DNA from: an uncultured bacterium
GTDB lineage: Bacteria > Patescibacteriota > Minisyncoccia > UBA6257 > GWB1-50-10
Length of the DNA: 64,000 nt
Assembly: GCA_903827975.1 (NCBI GenBank)
Contig: CAIKKG010000014.1
Location: forward strand, 52,833-116,832
Reading direction: 5' to 3'
Positions 1-8,566 of the stretch are shown here, in pieces (the first letter of the stretch is position 1; each line of letters begins with the position of its first letter). Under the pieces are notes generated by a model. That model saw only the letters and a list, made by a program, of their open reading frames with translations. It had not been told where the DNA came from and did no database searches. A program made the position numbers and the translations under genes.

Positions 1-1587
1 GAATCCTGTTCCCCCAGTGCTTTGTGTTGGTGTTGTTGTCTGAGTTGTCGGTAATATAGTTCTGGTTACTACATTTTCTCCAACGTCGATACCACTTAAA
101 ATTTCCGTCATCGTGTCATTTGCAATGCCCGTTGTTACTATCCTTCTTTCTGGAGTTATAACAGCCGTAGTTGATGTTCCAGCAACAGTAATTTGTGATA
201 ATGGTAGAACTTCCACATACTGCTCAGTTCCTTGTGTTTTTACTGCTGAGTTTGGGACAAGAATAATATCCTGTTTTACATCTGTAATAACTGATGCGTT
301 TACGCTCATCCCAGGTTTTACCCTTGTGTCACTAGTATCAAATCCAATTTTTACATTATATATCACTACGCCCTGTGAAACTGTTCCTATTGTGTCAATT
401 TCAATTACTTTTCCGGTAACGCTATATCCATCTATTGCATCAAACGTAAGAGTAGCTTTCTGGCCCACACTTACCTTAGACACATCAACTTCATTTAATG
501 ATATTCCTGCATAACGACTTGATGAGATTAGAGTTGCAAATATAGTTCCTGGAGAAACAGAGTCTCCTAATTTAACAATTGTGCTGGCAATAATTCCACT
601 AAAAGGTGCTCGTACCGTGTAGTACTTTAATGCATCCTTTGCATCCGCGAGTGTATTTTCCTTTTGTTTTAGTGAAAGTTCCTGTGAAGCAATATTTAAT
701 GGTGCATTTGTTATTGAGGATTGGATTGAAGAAAGAGAAGCGATGTGGGGGTTAATTTTTGATGTGTAGTCCGCTAAGTTTGTTTTATATTTTACAAGTA
801 GATTTGAATAAACTGATGGGAGAACACGATTGTTTTTGGTGTTATAGTCATTTATGTAGTCAATAAGATTGACCATATTTTTTACAGCATCTGCAATTTT
901 TATTGAGGCTCCAGATGTCTCATCAATAAATTTAACAATCTTATCTTGTGAGTCCGAGCGACTTACTAAGTGATATTCAGTGAATGCTGTATCGTACGCG
1001 TTTCTCGCATCAGTGTAACTACTTTCCGCAGTTTTAATGAGCGGTCTGACAAGATCCGCATCCTTTGCATCAACGAGATTTGTGTATGATGCAATTGTAT
1101 TATCATAGACAATTGAATTTAGTCCCGTAATTAATGTTGGTAGGTCTAAAAATGTATCTGCAACATCATTGTATCCATCGGAAACTAGTTTCTGAATATT
1201 TGAACTGGATTCTTTTAGGATTGTTAGTTGTAGATTACCTGATTCAAGACTCATTGCTGCGTCGCGGATAGTTTTTTCCGCATCTGCTGTATCAAGTCTT
1301 CCAATCACCTCACCCTCTGATACGTACTGACCATTATGAATATTAATCTCGTTTATTCTTCCTGAGGCTTCAGGTTTTATATCAATCTGATTTAAAACTG
1401 CTACCTGACCACTTCCAGAAATAGATGTTACAAGTGTGCCTTTTTCTACAACTGATGAGACATATTGTGTAACCGCGGGTTTTATATTTGCTTTTGTGTA
1501 CCAATAGTATCCCCCACCAACTACTAAAAGAACTGTTACTGATATTAGAAATTTGTTATTAGCGATCCAGTGTGAAGTTTTTGTCAT
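1..1587 (-). CDS. Efflux membrane-fusion protein (HlyD/RND adaptor family), 3' end runs off window
   Basis: My own translation of the minus strand from ATG at 1587 gives an uninterrupted ORF to position 1 (MTKTSHWIANNKF...; N-terminal TM anchor, biotinyl/lipoyl-like motif ...YTVRAPFSGIIAS..., beta-barrel region ...KATLTFDAIDGYSVTGKVIEIDT...). Not in ORF track because no stop within window. Confidence 0.7.
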   Translation of the reverse strand, partial: MTKTSHWIANNKFLISVTVLLVVGGGYYWYTKANIKPAVTQYVSSVVEKGTLVTSISGSGQVAVLNQIDIKPEASGRINEINIHNGQYVSEGEVIGRLDTADAEKTIRDAAMSLESGNLQLTILKESSSNIQKLVSDGYNDVADTFLDLPTLITGLNSIVYDNTIASYTNLVDAKDADLVRPLIKTAESSYTDARNAYDTAFTEYHLVSRSDSQDKIVKFIDETSGASIKIADAVKNMVNLIDYINDYNTKNNRVLPSVYSNLLVKYKTNLADYTSKINPHIASLSSIQSSITNAPLNIASQELSLKQKENTLADAKDALKYYTVRAPFSGIIASTIVKLGDSVSPGTIFATLISSSRYAGISLNEVDVSKVSVGQKATLTFDAIDGYSVTGKVIEIDTIGTVSQGVVIYNVKIGFDTSDTRVKPGMSVNASVITDVKQDIILVPNSAVKTQGTEQYVEVLPLSQITVAGTSTTAVITPERRIVTTGIANDTMTEILSGIDVGENVVTRTILPTTQTTTPTQSTGGTGF

Positions 1588-1589
1588 TT

Positions 1590-2090
1590 TTATTGAGAAA
1601 TATTTTGATCTACATCTACTCGCTGATTTTCTGGTGGTGGTGGCAATACCCTTATAAGCTTTGCCCCTATTTGGCCCGTATTATTTGGTGAACCTATTAC
1701 TGCGACCGACTCACCAACCAAGAGATTATTTATTGAAATAGTTTCGCGAAACTTTTTTATGACTGTTTCATTACTTACCTGTATCATTTTTTCGGCCCCA
1801 TCACGATCCTGAACTGTAATAGTTGAACTGGAGATTTTAATTATTGGACCCGCTACTCCGTGCCCCATCAGGAAATCGTTTTCTCCAAAATTATTCCCCA
1901 TTTGACCCTTTCTCTGACCCATCACACTCCTATAATATCCCTCGCCCCATTTATATGAGAATTCCGCTTTTCTAAAGCCCACAAGTTCGCCAGCTTTAAA
2001 AGCGCTAAGCAAGACTAAAATGCTACCTAAAATAATGATTGAATATTTTAATGCTTTTGATTGAATTATTTCTCTAAGATTAATTTTCAT
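1590..2090 (-). CDS. Hypothetical membrane-anchored protein, co-transcribed between anti-sigma and efflux adaptor
   Basis: 166-aa ORF, N-terminal hydrophobic segment, stop 3 nt before the adaptor start; no recognisable family. Confidence 0.45.
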   Translation of the reverse strand: MKINLREIIQSKALKYSIIILGSILVLLSAFKAGELVGFRKAEFSYKWGEGYYRSVMGQRKGQMGNNFGENDFLMGHGVAGPIIKISSSTITVQDRDGAEKMIQVSNETVIKKFRETISINNLLVGESVAVIGSPNNTGQIGAKLIRVLPPPPENQRVDVDQNISQ

Positions 2091-2100
2091 TTATATATAT

Positions 2101-2517
2101 TTAAAATGCTACAAGATTCGACCTTGTAAGAGCTCTAACATTGCGAATAAGGCGTTCTGTCGAGACTAGGAATAATAAAACACTGCCAACTAATCCTATA
2201 GCGGAAAGTATGGGCAGAGATTCAGCAAGTGAGAGAATGAAGTCCTGCCAATATGTCATTATTGTCCCTCCATCAGAAAAAATAAGGGACGATAGTTGTG
2301 AGAAGCCTGATTGTGTTAATTCAACATAAAATCCATTCCAAATTGGAGCTAGAACTAAAAGAGCTGTTGCTGATGTAACTCCAAAGAAGCCGATGCGCGC
2401 ATACATTGCGACACGTCTTTTCTTTGCATCTATACGAAGCATTGTGTCATGGAAAAGCTGCTCCGGTGGTTCCACGGGCTCAAATGACTCAAATAATTTT
2501 TGATAGTCTTTATGCAT
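2101..2517 (-). CDS. Putative membrane-anchored anti-sigma factor
   Basis: 138 aa, short cytoplasmic N-terminus then one TM helix, immediately downstream of an ECF sigma gene (classic sigma/anti-sigma arrangement). Confidence 0.5.
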   Translation of the reverse strand: MHKDYQKLFESFEPVEPPEQLFHDTMLRIDAKKRRVAMYARIGFFGVTSATALLVLAPIWNGFYVELTQSGFSQLSSLIFSDGGTIMTYWQDFILSLAESLPILSAIGLVGSVLLFLVSTERLIRNVRALTRSNLVAF

Positions 2518-2548
2518 CAGTATTTATTATATAATACACATAAGTTTC

Positions 2549-3121
2549 TTACTTTGGTGCATCTACACCCAATATTTTTCTTAGCTTATTTATTGCTCTC
2601 AAGTGTCTACTTTTTACGGTATTTACTGATTCATTTTCTATCTCCGCAATTTCCCTGAATGTAAGTTCTTCTTTGTAATGGAGAATTAGCGCCGTTTGAT
2701 ATCTTGGGTTAAGTTTCCCTATTGCTGACTCGAGCTCCTCCTTCAGGCTTGCTCTATCAAAAAGTTCTGCTGGGAGTGGATTTTCATCTTCAATTGTTTC
2801 ATCAAATTGCTGTTCGTCGCCCTCCTTTGTGACATCAGAAAAAGTAGATGGTTTTTTCTTGCGTAGCCAGTTTAGCGATGCATTTTTTGCTATTGCAAAG
2901 ATCCAGGTTTTAAATTTTTTACTGGTATCAAACTTATCGATATTTTTCCAAATACTTACAAATATATCCTGTGTTATGTCTTCAGCATCGCCCACGTTCC
3001 CAACATAGCGAAAAACGAACCCAAAAATGGGTTTTATGTGGCGTCTAACCAGTATTTCAAGTGCCCGATTCTCGCCATTTATATATGCAGTTACAAGCTC
3101 CTCATCTATCCGCTCGTCCAT
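2549..3121 (-). CDS. RNA polymerase ECF-type sigma-70 factor (sigma-24 family)
   Basis: Region 2 (DAEDITQDIFVSIWKNIDKFD) and region 4 (REIAEIENESVNTVKSRHLRAINKLR) sigma-70 motifs in a 190-aa protein. Confidence 0.85.
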   Translation of the reverse strand: MDERIDEELVTAYINGENRALEILVRRHIKPIFGFVFRYVGNVGDAEDITQDIFVSIWKNIDKFDTSKKFKTWIFAIAKNASLNWLRKKKPSTFSDVTKEGDEQQFDETIEDENPLPAELFDRASLKEELESAIGKLNPRYQTALILHYKEELTFREIAEIENESVNTVKSRHLRAINKLRKILGVDAPK

Positions 3122-3194
3122 AATTTATATTATATTCGATAACTCTAAATTCTGATACGCTGAAAACAGTTCATTTTTGTGATATGCTTTTATC

Positions 3195-3794
3195 ATGTCT
3201 GGACTCACAACATCTGCAATATTGGCGCTTATTATTAAATATAAGTATCTAATAATATTCCCAATCGCTGTGTTGGAGGGTCCGTTGATCTCTATGGCAG
3301 TTGGTTTTCTTATTTATTCTGGCTATCTAAATGCATTTTTTGCGTTTACACTTCTAATTCTTGCTGATTTGGTTGGAGACTCACTTTACTATTCTATCGG
3401 CCGATTTGGACGAAAAACATTTATCCATAAATATGGACGTTATATTGGAATTAATGAGGAGCGCGTCCTAAAACTAGAGACTCAGTTTGAACATCATCAT
3501 TGGAAGATAATTGCTGTAGGTAAAACGCAGGCCGTCGGCTCTCTCATACTTGTTGCTGCTGGTATTGCAAATGCGCCGTTTAAGAAATTTTTGTGGTATA
3601 ACCTTTTAGGAACTGTGCCAAAAACTTTAATTTTTGTTTTCATCGGATATTTCTTTAGTCATGGATTTGAGGCAATTACTTCATTTTCGAACTCAATCGG
3701 AATTATTTCAATCGGAATGTCGGTAGCATTACTCATTTTTTACATAGTTTTTAAGATGTATTTGAAAAAGAAGAGTCATCTAAATGGACAGTAA
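3195..3794 (+). CDS. DedA/SNARE-associated (VTT domain) membrane protein
   Basis: 199 aa, multi-TM, DedA-like core LADLVGDSLYYSIGRFGRK... Confidence 0.65.
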   Translation: MSGLTTSAILALIIKYKYLIIFPIAVLEGPLISMAVGFLIYSGYLNAFFAFTLLILADLVGDSLYYSIGRFGRKTFIHKYGRYIGINEERVLKLETQFEHHHWKIIAVGKTQAVGSLILVAAGIANAPFKKFLWYNLLGTVPKTLIFVFIGYFFSHGFEAITSFSNSIGIISIGMSVALLIFYIVFKMYLKKKSHLNGQ

Positions 3795-4821
3795 AAAGAA
3801 AATTGTAATAGTTACTGACGCCTGGCATCCGCAAAAAAACGGCGTTGTCGTGCACTCAGAAAAAATGTATGAGTATCTAACAGCTAAGGGTCATGAGGTT
3901 GTGATTATTCACCCTCAACTTTTCCCTTATAAAATGCGTGTTTTTTTCTATCCTGAGATTGAGCTGTCTCTACTTGTTGGACGAAAAATGCGAGCACTAT
4001 TAAAAGAGCATTCTCCATACTATGTTCATATCGCGACTGAGGGCCCCCTTGGCCTTGCTGCGCGAAAATATTGCATTCAAAATAGGATTAAATTTACTAC
4101 CACCTATCACACACACTACCCCATGTACATTGAGGCCAGGCTTAGCGCACTTTCAAAGATAACATCAGTATATATACGATGGTTTCATAGTGCAGCATCA
4201 CGAACCATGGTTTCAACACCTTCATTAAAATTATTTTTAGAAAATGTTGGATTTAAGAATCTGGTTATTACCCCGCTTGGTGTTGATATAGGTCTACTTA
4301 AAAAAAATGATGAGCCTAAAATTCCAAAGGAACTTGCTGGATTACCACATCCGTTTTTCATATATTTCGGTAGAGTTGCAATAGAAAAAAATGTGGAGGC
4401 ATTTTTAAAATGCAATCTTCCTGGAACAAAAATTGTTTCTGGTGGTGGCCCGCAGCTAAAGGAGCTAAAGAAAAAATATGGGAAAAGCACTATATTCATT
4501 CACTCTGCTGGTTATAAGCGAGACCAGTCATTTATTGACCTGCTTTCACTTGCGGATGTATTCGTATTCCCATCGAAAACTGAAACATTTGGACTTGTTC
4601 TATTGGAGGCACTGGCCTGCGAACTTCCAGTTGCAGCGTACGACGTGATGGGGGCAAAAGACATAATCATACAGGGAGCTCATGGATTTACAGGAGATAA
4701 TTTAGAAAAGGCAGCGCTAATGTGTCTCAACTTACCACGCGAAAATCTGCGAAAAAGAGCCGATGAATTTTCATGGGAGAATGCTGGTAATACATTTTTT
4801 CTGCATCTGGAAGAAAATTAA
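3784..4821 (+). CDS. Glycosyltransferase family 4 (GT-B, GT1-like)
   Basis: N-terminal TDAWHPQKNGV and C-terminal ...FPSKTETFGLVLLEALACELPV... GT4 signature (E-x7-E region). Confidence 0.8.
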   Translation: MDSKKKIVIVTDAWHPQKNGVVVHSEKMYEYLTAKGHEVVIIHPQLFPYKMRVFFYPEIELSLLVGRKMRALLKEHSPYYVHIATEGPLGLAARKYCIQNRIKFTTTYHTHYPMYIEARLSALSKITSVYIRWFHSAASRTMVSTPSLKLFLENVGFKNLVITPLGVDIGLLKKNDEPKIPKELAGLPHPFFIYFGRVAIEKNVEAFLKCNLPGTKIVSGGGPQLKELKKKYGKSTIFIHSAGYKRDQSFIDLLSLADVFVFPSKTETFGLVLLEALACELPVAAYDVMGAKDIIIQGAHGFTGDNLEKAALMCLNLPRENLRKRADEFSWENAGNTFFLHLEEN

Positions 4822-5510
4822 ACCCTTTTATGCTTAACTTTTAGCCGATGCATCTTATAATTTTGCTGCACCACCTCATGCACTGAAACTAGTTTTAATA
4901 TATCTCTAATCATTAATACGTCTCCACACATACCACGGACAAAACCCACTTTGGCTGATTTTCTTGGTGTGATTGTATTTTTCCAGTCAACAACTTTAAT
5001 TGCGTATGAATTTTTAATAATTATTCTGTTAAAAAATGATTCAATGGCAAAACTTGGAAGTTCAGATATCGCATCAAGATGCTCTATCAACATATCTTTT
5101 CTGAAGACTCTCTCACCTGAAATATAATCTAATCCAATCATTCTCATAATCGATAGACTATTTTTTCTTAAACTTATTGATATATCAGCCTCCCCATTTA
5201 AAATTGGCTGAATAAGCCTAGTTACATCATCAGCACTTAGTCCTACTAGGTCAGCATCTAACATAAAAAGATGGTCGTGCTTTGACTCTCTAATTCCTGT
5301 CACAACGGCAAAACTTTTTCCACGATTTTTGGTAAGTGTGATTAGCTTGACCCCTTTTCTTTTTGAAACAATTTCACTCGTATTATCTTTTGAGCCGTCA
5401 TCAATAACAATAACCTCTTCTATTAGAGGGTGGTTTTCGATTGCATCTAAAACACCGCCGATTCTCTCACTTTCGTTATAGGCGGCAATAATACATGAGA
5501 CTTTTTTCAT
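4818..5510 (-). CDS. Glycosyltransferase family 2 (dolichol-P-sugar/polyprenyl-P-sugar synthase-like)
   Basis: CIIAAYNESERIGGVL...VIVIDDGSKDNT, DxD-containing GT-A fold N-terminus. Confidence 0.8.
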   Translation of the reverse strand: MKKVSCIIAAYNESERIGGVLDAIENHPLIEEVIVIDDGSKDNTSEIVSKRKGVKLITLTKNRGKSFAVVTGIRESKHDHLFMLDADLVGLSADDVTRLIQPILNGEADISISLRKNSLSIMRMIGLDYISGERVFRKDMLIEHLDAISELPSFAIESFFNRIIIKNSYAIKVVDWKNTITPRKSAKVGFVRGMCGDVLMIRDILKLVSVHEVVQQNYKMHRLKVKHKRV

Positions 5511-5512
5511 TT

Positions 5513-6145
5513 CTATGCGAAAAGCTCGTAATCTTTTTTGAAGATGTATAAGGAAATACGGTAAATTCCGAATGCAATAAAGAATGCAGCAAATACATCA
5601 ATTGAGTAGTGGAGGTGTCCTAATAAAACGCTAATGGCCCCAACAAATGTAGAGGCTAAGAAAAACCATCTCCAAAATCCTCTATTCCAATAAACAAGAG
5701 AGAGCATAAATGGTAGGCCAGTGTGTGCTGAGAAAAACAGATCATCTCCCGAACTTACAATACTTAATCCGTCTATTCCGTAACCAGGCGTTCCAGCGAC
5801 TGGTGGTGCTAAGTGCGTTAGAATCATGAAAAATGAACGTACAACCAAAAATAATGAGATACTTTTTAGTACAAAAGGAATGTGTTTCGGCTCATAGATT
5901 AACAGCGATGCCAAAACAACTAAAAATGCCAGTGCTCCATATATGAATATAAAGCTCATATCAACAACTGGAAGGTTGTCTAGGATTATATCTGTCGCAA
6001 CATTGCTAGCACTTATTGATGCATAAATATTTGCATAATAATTAACAAATAAACTTACAAATAATAATAAAAGGCCTACAAGCCCCTGAATGAGAGATTC
6101 TTTTTGAAACCAGAATGTTTTATGCTTATGAACTATATTTTTCAT
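5513..6145 (-). CDS. PAP2_C / sphingomyelin-synthase-like integral membrane phosphotransferase
   Basis: Six hydrophobic segments; motifs SGDDLFFSAHTG (C-G-D-x3-S-G-H-T like) and HLHYSIDVFAAFFIAFGIY (H-Y-T-x-D-V-x3-Y) characteristic of the SMS/PAP2_C branch. Confidence 0.5.
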   Translation of the reverse strand: MKNIVHKHKTFWFQKESLIQGLVGLLLLFVSLFVNYYANIYASISASNVATDIILDNLPVVDMSFIFIYGALAFLVVLASLLIYEPKHIPFVLKSISLFLVVRSFFMILTHLAPPVAGTPGYGIDGLSIVSSGDDLFFSAHTGLPFMLSLVYWNRGFWRWFFLASTFVGAISVLLGHLHYSIDVFAAFFIAFGIYRISLYIFKKDYELFA

Positions 6146-6200
6146 AACTGAAACTTGAAATTAATTATATCACCTACCTATTTTAATTGCACATATTTTT

Positions 6201-6209
6201 TGCTATAAT
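6201..6209 (+). promoter_or_regulatory. Extended -10 promoter (TGcTATAAT) giving a leaderless or near-leaderless peroxiredoxin transcript
   Basis: Perfect TATAAT preceded by TG, ending ~7 nt before the ATG at 6217; no room for an SD. Confidence 0.5.
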
Positions 6210-6216
6210 GCCCTGC

Positions 6217-6780
6217 ATGATTACTATAAATTCACCCGTCCCAGATTTTGAGGCGGATTCATACCAGAACGACGAGATTAGCAAGGTTAAACTCTCTGAT
6301 TACAGAGGAAAGTGGGTCGCGATGATTTTTTATCCAGCTGATTTCACTTTTGTATGTCCAACAGAATTGGAGGATGCTGAGGCGCACTATGACGAGATTA
6401 AAGCATTGGGAGGAGAGGTTATGAGCATTAGTACTGATACTGCATTTGCGCATAAGGCGTGGCATGATTCGTCGCCCGCAATAGGAAAGGTTAGATATCC
6501 TATGTTGGCAGACCCATCTGGAAGTATTTCTAAAATGTTTGGAACATATATTGAGGGCGAGGGATTATCACTCCGAGGAACATTTATTATCGACCCAGAT
6601 GGACTTTTAAAAACCATCGAGATTCACGATAATAGCATCGGTAGAAGTGCGAAAGAGTTGGTAAGAAAGATTCAGGCTGCTAAATTTGTGAAGGAACATG
6701 CAGGAAATGTGTGTCCGGCAAACTGGGAGCCAGGAAAAGACACGTTGAAGCCAGGAGTTGAACTAGTAGGAAAGATATAA
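6217..6780 (+). CDS. Peroxiredoxin, typical 2-Cys AhpC/TSA family
   Basis: FTFVCPTE peroxidatic Cys motif and C-terminal VCPANW resolving Cys; ORF-track start 6187 (TTG) overlaps the promoter, ATG at 6217 (MITINSPVPDFEA) preferred. Confidence 0.9.
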   Translation: MITINSPVPDFEADSYQNDEISKVKLSDYRGKWVAMIFYPADFTFVCPTELEDAEAHYDEIKALGGEVMSISTDTAFAHKAWHDSSPAIGKVRYPMLADPSGSISKMFGTYIEGEGLSLRGTFIIDPDGLLKTIEIHDNSIGRSAKELVRKIQAAKFVKEHAGNVCPANWEPGKDTLKPGVELVGKI

Positions 6781-6787
6781 AAATAGA

Positions 6788-6820
6788 AACCCGCCAATAG
6801 ATACGAATGGCGGGTTTTTA
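6788..6820 (+). terminator. Rho-independent terminator
   Basis: cccgccaat..attggcggg hairpin followed by TTTTT right after the peroxiredoxin stop. Confidence 0.7.
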
Positions 6821-6880
6821 ATTGACTCAAATATTAAACAAAGGCAATATAGTTATAGAACCTATACATAAGGAGATTCC

Positions 6881-7489
6881 ATGTTAATTGAGGTTGAGGG
6901 CATCACTGGTTCGGGTAAAACCACACAGTGCGAAAGAATGAAGAGTATTTTAGAGCATGCAAAGTTTACCGCAACGATTGTAAATGAGCCTGGTATGACA
7001 GAAATGGGCACATTTATTATGAAAGCCATAAAATCCAACACTCCAAGAGATAAGGTTGCTGAATTATTTCTTTCTCTTGCAGTTGAGGCAGAATTGCACT
7101 CACAAATTATCATTCCTGAGCATTCGATACCAGGACATCTAGTTCTTCGTGATGGAGGTAGGGGCTCTTTTATAAGTTATCATTATCTCACTACTCAGTT
7201 TAGTCTTGAGAAATTAACACGCTTATATGATCAGGCTACACTTGGGCATCGTTCAATAATGACTATATTTCTTGATGTTCCACTTGATGTTGCGGCAAAG
7301 CGTATCAAAAATAGACGTAAGGAGTCAAAGTTTGATATGTTACCTCTCGTATTTATACAAAGGCAACGTGATGTATTTATGCATCTTTCTCAAACGCTAC
7401 CAAACTGGGTTGTTGTTGATGGAACTAAACCAGCTATCAATGTTCGAGACCAGATACTTAGTAAAATACAGGATCGTGTGAACGCATAA
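6881..7489 (+). CDS. tmk: Thymidylate kinase-like P-loop nucleotide kinase
   Basis: N-terminal VEGITGSGKTTQ (tmk-type P-loop E-G-x-D/T-G-x-G-K-T-T), ~200 aa. Confidence 0.55.
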   Translation: MLIEVEGITGSGKTTQCERMKSILEHAKFTATIVNEPGMTEMGTFIMKAIKSNTPRDKVAELFLSLAVEAELHSQIIIPEHSIPGHLVLRDGGRGSFISYHYLTTQFSLEKLTRLYDQATLGHRSIMTIFLDVPLDVAAKRIKNRRKESKFDMLPLVFIQRQRDVFMHLSQTLPNWVVVDGTKPAINVRDQILSKIQDRVNA

Positions 7490-7505
7490 AAATATGTTTA
7501 TAATT

Positions 7506-7531
7506 ATGGGGGTCAATAGCCCCCATTTTTT
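7506..7531 (+). terminator. Rho-independent terminator
   Basis: tgggggtcaatagccccca hairpin plus T-run after tmk-like stop. Confidence 0.6.
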
Positions 7532-7543
7532 ATTATATAGTTT

Positions 7544-8146
7544 ATGAAGATTAAATATAAAATAATTGTTGTAATAGCGCTTTCGTTTTTTGTTGGCGTC
7601 TTTTTTCAGACACCTAAAATGGGCGTATTTATAAGTATAAATAAAGAGGAAAGTGAATCTACTACATCCTCAGTAAAATCTTCAGGAGTAAGAATACGTG
7701 CTCATGTTACGCGCGTCATTGATGGTGATACACTAAAAGTATTTATTAATGACCGCAATGATACCGTGCGCTTAATCGGAATCGATAGCCCGGAGATTGT
7801 TGATACTCGAAAACCAGTTCAGTGTTTTGCAAATGAGGCTTCTGCAAAAATGACGGAGTTAGTCTCGGATGCCTCCGTATTTCTCGAGGAGGATGCAACA
7901 CAGGGAGACAGAGATAAGTATGGGCGTCTCTTGAGATTCGTATTTTTAGAGAACGGAAATGATATTGGAGAGTTAATGCTTGAAGGTGGATATGCATTTG
8001 AATATACACACAATAAGGCCTACAAATATACTTCAGAATATAAATCATCCGAAAGTGATGCTAGAAATACAAAAGTTGGTTTATGGAATCAACTAAATTG
8101 TCTCACCAAAATTGTTGGCGGACGATTGGAAACTATATATAAATAA
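7544..8146 (+). CDS. Secreted thermonuclease (staphylococcal nuclease / SNase fold)
   Basis: N-terminal TM/signal anchor; VIDGDTLKV...RLIGIDSPE...YGRLLRFVFLENG...GYAFEY matches SNc catalytic core. Confidence 0.85.
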   Translation: MKIKYKIIVVIALSFFVGVFFQTPKMGVFISINKEESESTTSSVKSSGVRIRAHVTRVIDGDTLKVFINDRNDTVRLIGIDSPEIVDTRKPVQCFANEASAKMTELVSDASVFLEEDATQGDRDKYGRLLRFVFLENGNDIGELMLEGGYAFEYTHNKAYKYTSEYKSSESDARNTKVGLWNQLNCLTKIVGGRLETIYK

Positions 8147-8148
8147 AA

Positions 8149-8172
8149 ACCCGCACAAATTTCTGTGCGGGT
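8149..8172 (-). terminator. Hairpin terminator (T-run on minus strand) for the GC-rich small ORF
   Basis: acccgcacaaatttctgtgcgggt, followed on minus strand by TTTTTATTT. Confidence 0.6.
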
Positions 8173-8179
8173 GAGGAAT

Positions 8180-8395
8180 TTAATCCAGACGAACGGTCTC
8201 CTTAAGGATACCGGCGATAAGTGGAGCCAGTCTACTGGCCTCGCTGGCATCGGCTGAGTGGAGCACGAGTATTGATGACCCCGTCTCCAACTCACCTATT
8301 TTTTTATTGCCACGCCAGATCTCTAGTCTGTCCTCCTCCTTGGCTACTAGGTAGCCGACAGCTTCCAGAAAACTGATAATCTTCCTTTCTCGCAT
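8180..8395 (-). CDS. Small GC-rich hypothetical protein (71 aa from ATG 8395; possible HicA/YcfA-like fold)
   Basis: ORF-track ORF 8180..8440 trimmed to the ATG preceded by AGGAGGtaat; local GC ~50% vs ~35% background; weak C-terminal resemblance to HicA (..VLHSAD..LAPLIAGILKE). Confidence 0.4.
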   Translation of the reverse strand: MRERKIISFLEAVGYLVAKEEDRLEIWRGNKKIGELETGSSILVLHSADASEASRLAPLIAGILKETVRLD

Positions 8396-8504
8396 ATTAC
8401 CTCCTTTCAAGGTAGTTCTAGAATTACATAATTTACTCATTTTGTCAATGAATACTCTAATTTCCTTTTTTTCTTATATATAATGTATGTTGTTGGCTAA
8501 AACA

Positions 8505-8519
8505 CTGATTGACAATCAG
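8505..8519 (+). promoter_or_regulatory. Perfect 15-bp palindrome CTGATTGaCAATCAG overlapping a TTGACA -35 box upstream of the ABC-F gene
   Basis: Seen directly; candidate operator for a dimeric regulator plus -35 element, -10-like CATTAT 17 nt downstream. Confidence 0.4.
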
Positions 8520-8566
8520 CAAAATATTTGTCATTATTGACGTTCTGGCGCAAAACTAATAAACAC

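Noticed and set aside
113-514. 133-aa + strand ORF
   Set aside because: Lies entirely inside, and antisense to, the well-supported minus-strand membrane-fusion-protein ORF; Thr/Val-rich translation typical of antisense reading.
2141-2329. 62-aa + ORF
   Set aside because: Antisense within the anti-sigma gene; no signals.
4185-4499. 104-aa minus ORF
   Set aside because: Embedded antisense in the GT4 gene.
6259-6617. Two minus-strand ORFs (68 and 76 aa)
   Set aside because: Antisense inside the peroxiredoxin CDS.
6862-7481. ORFs 6862..7113(-) and 7272..7481(+)
   Set aside because: Overlap or alternative frames of the tmk-like gene without independent support.
7746-8048. Minus-strand ORFs inside the thermonuclease gene
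   Set aside because: Antisense, no motifs.
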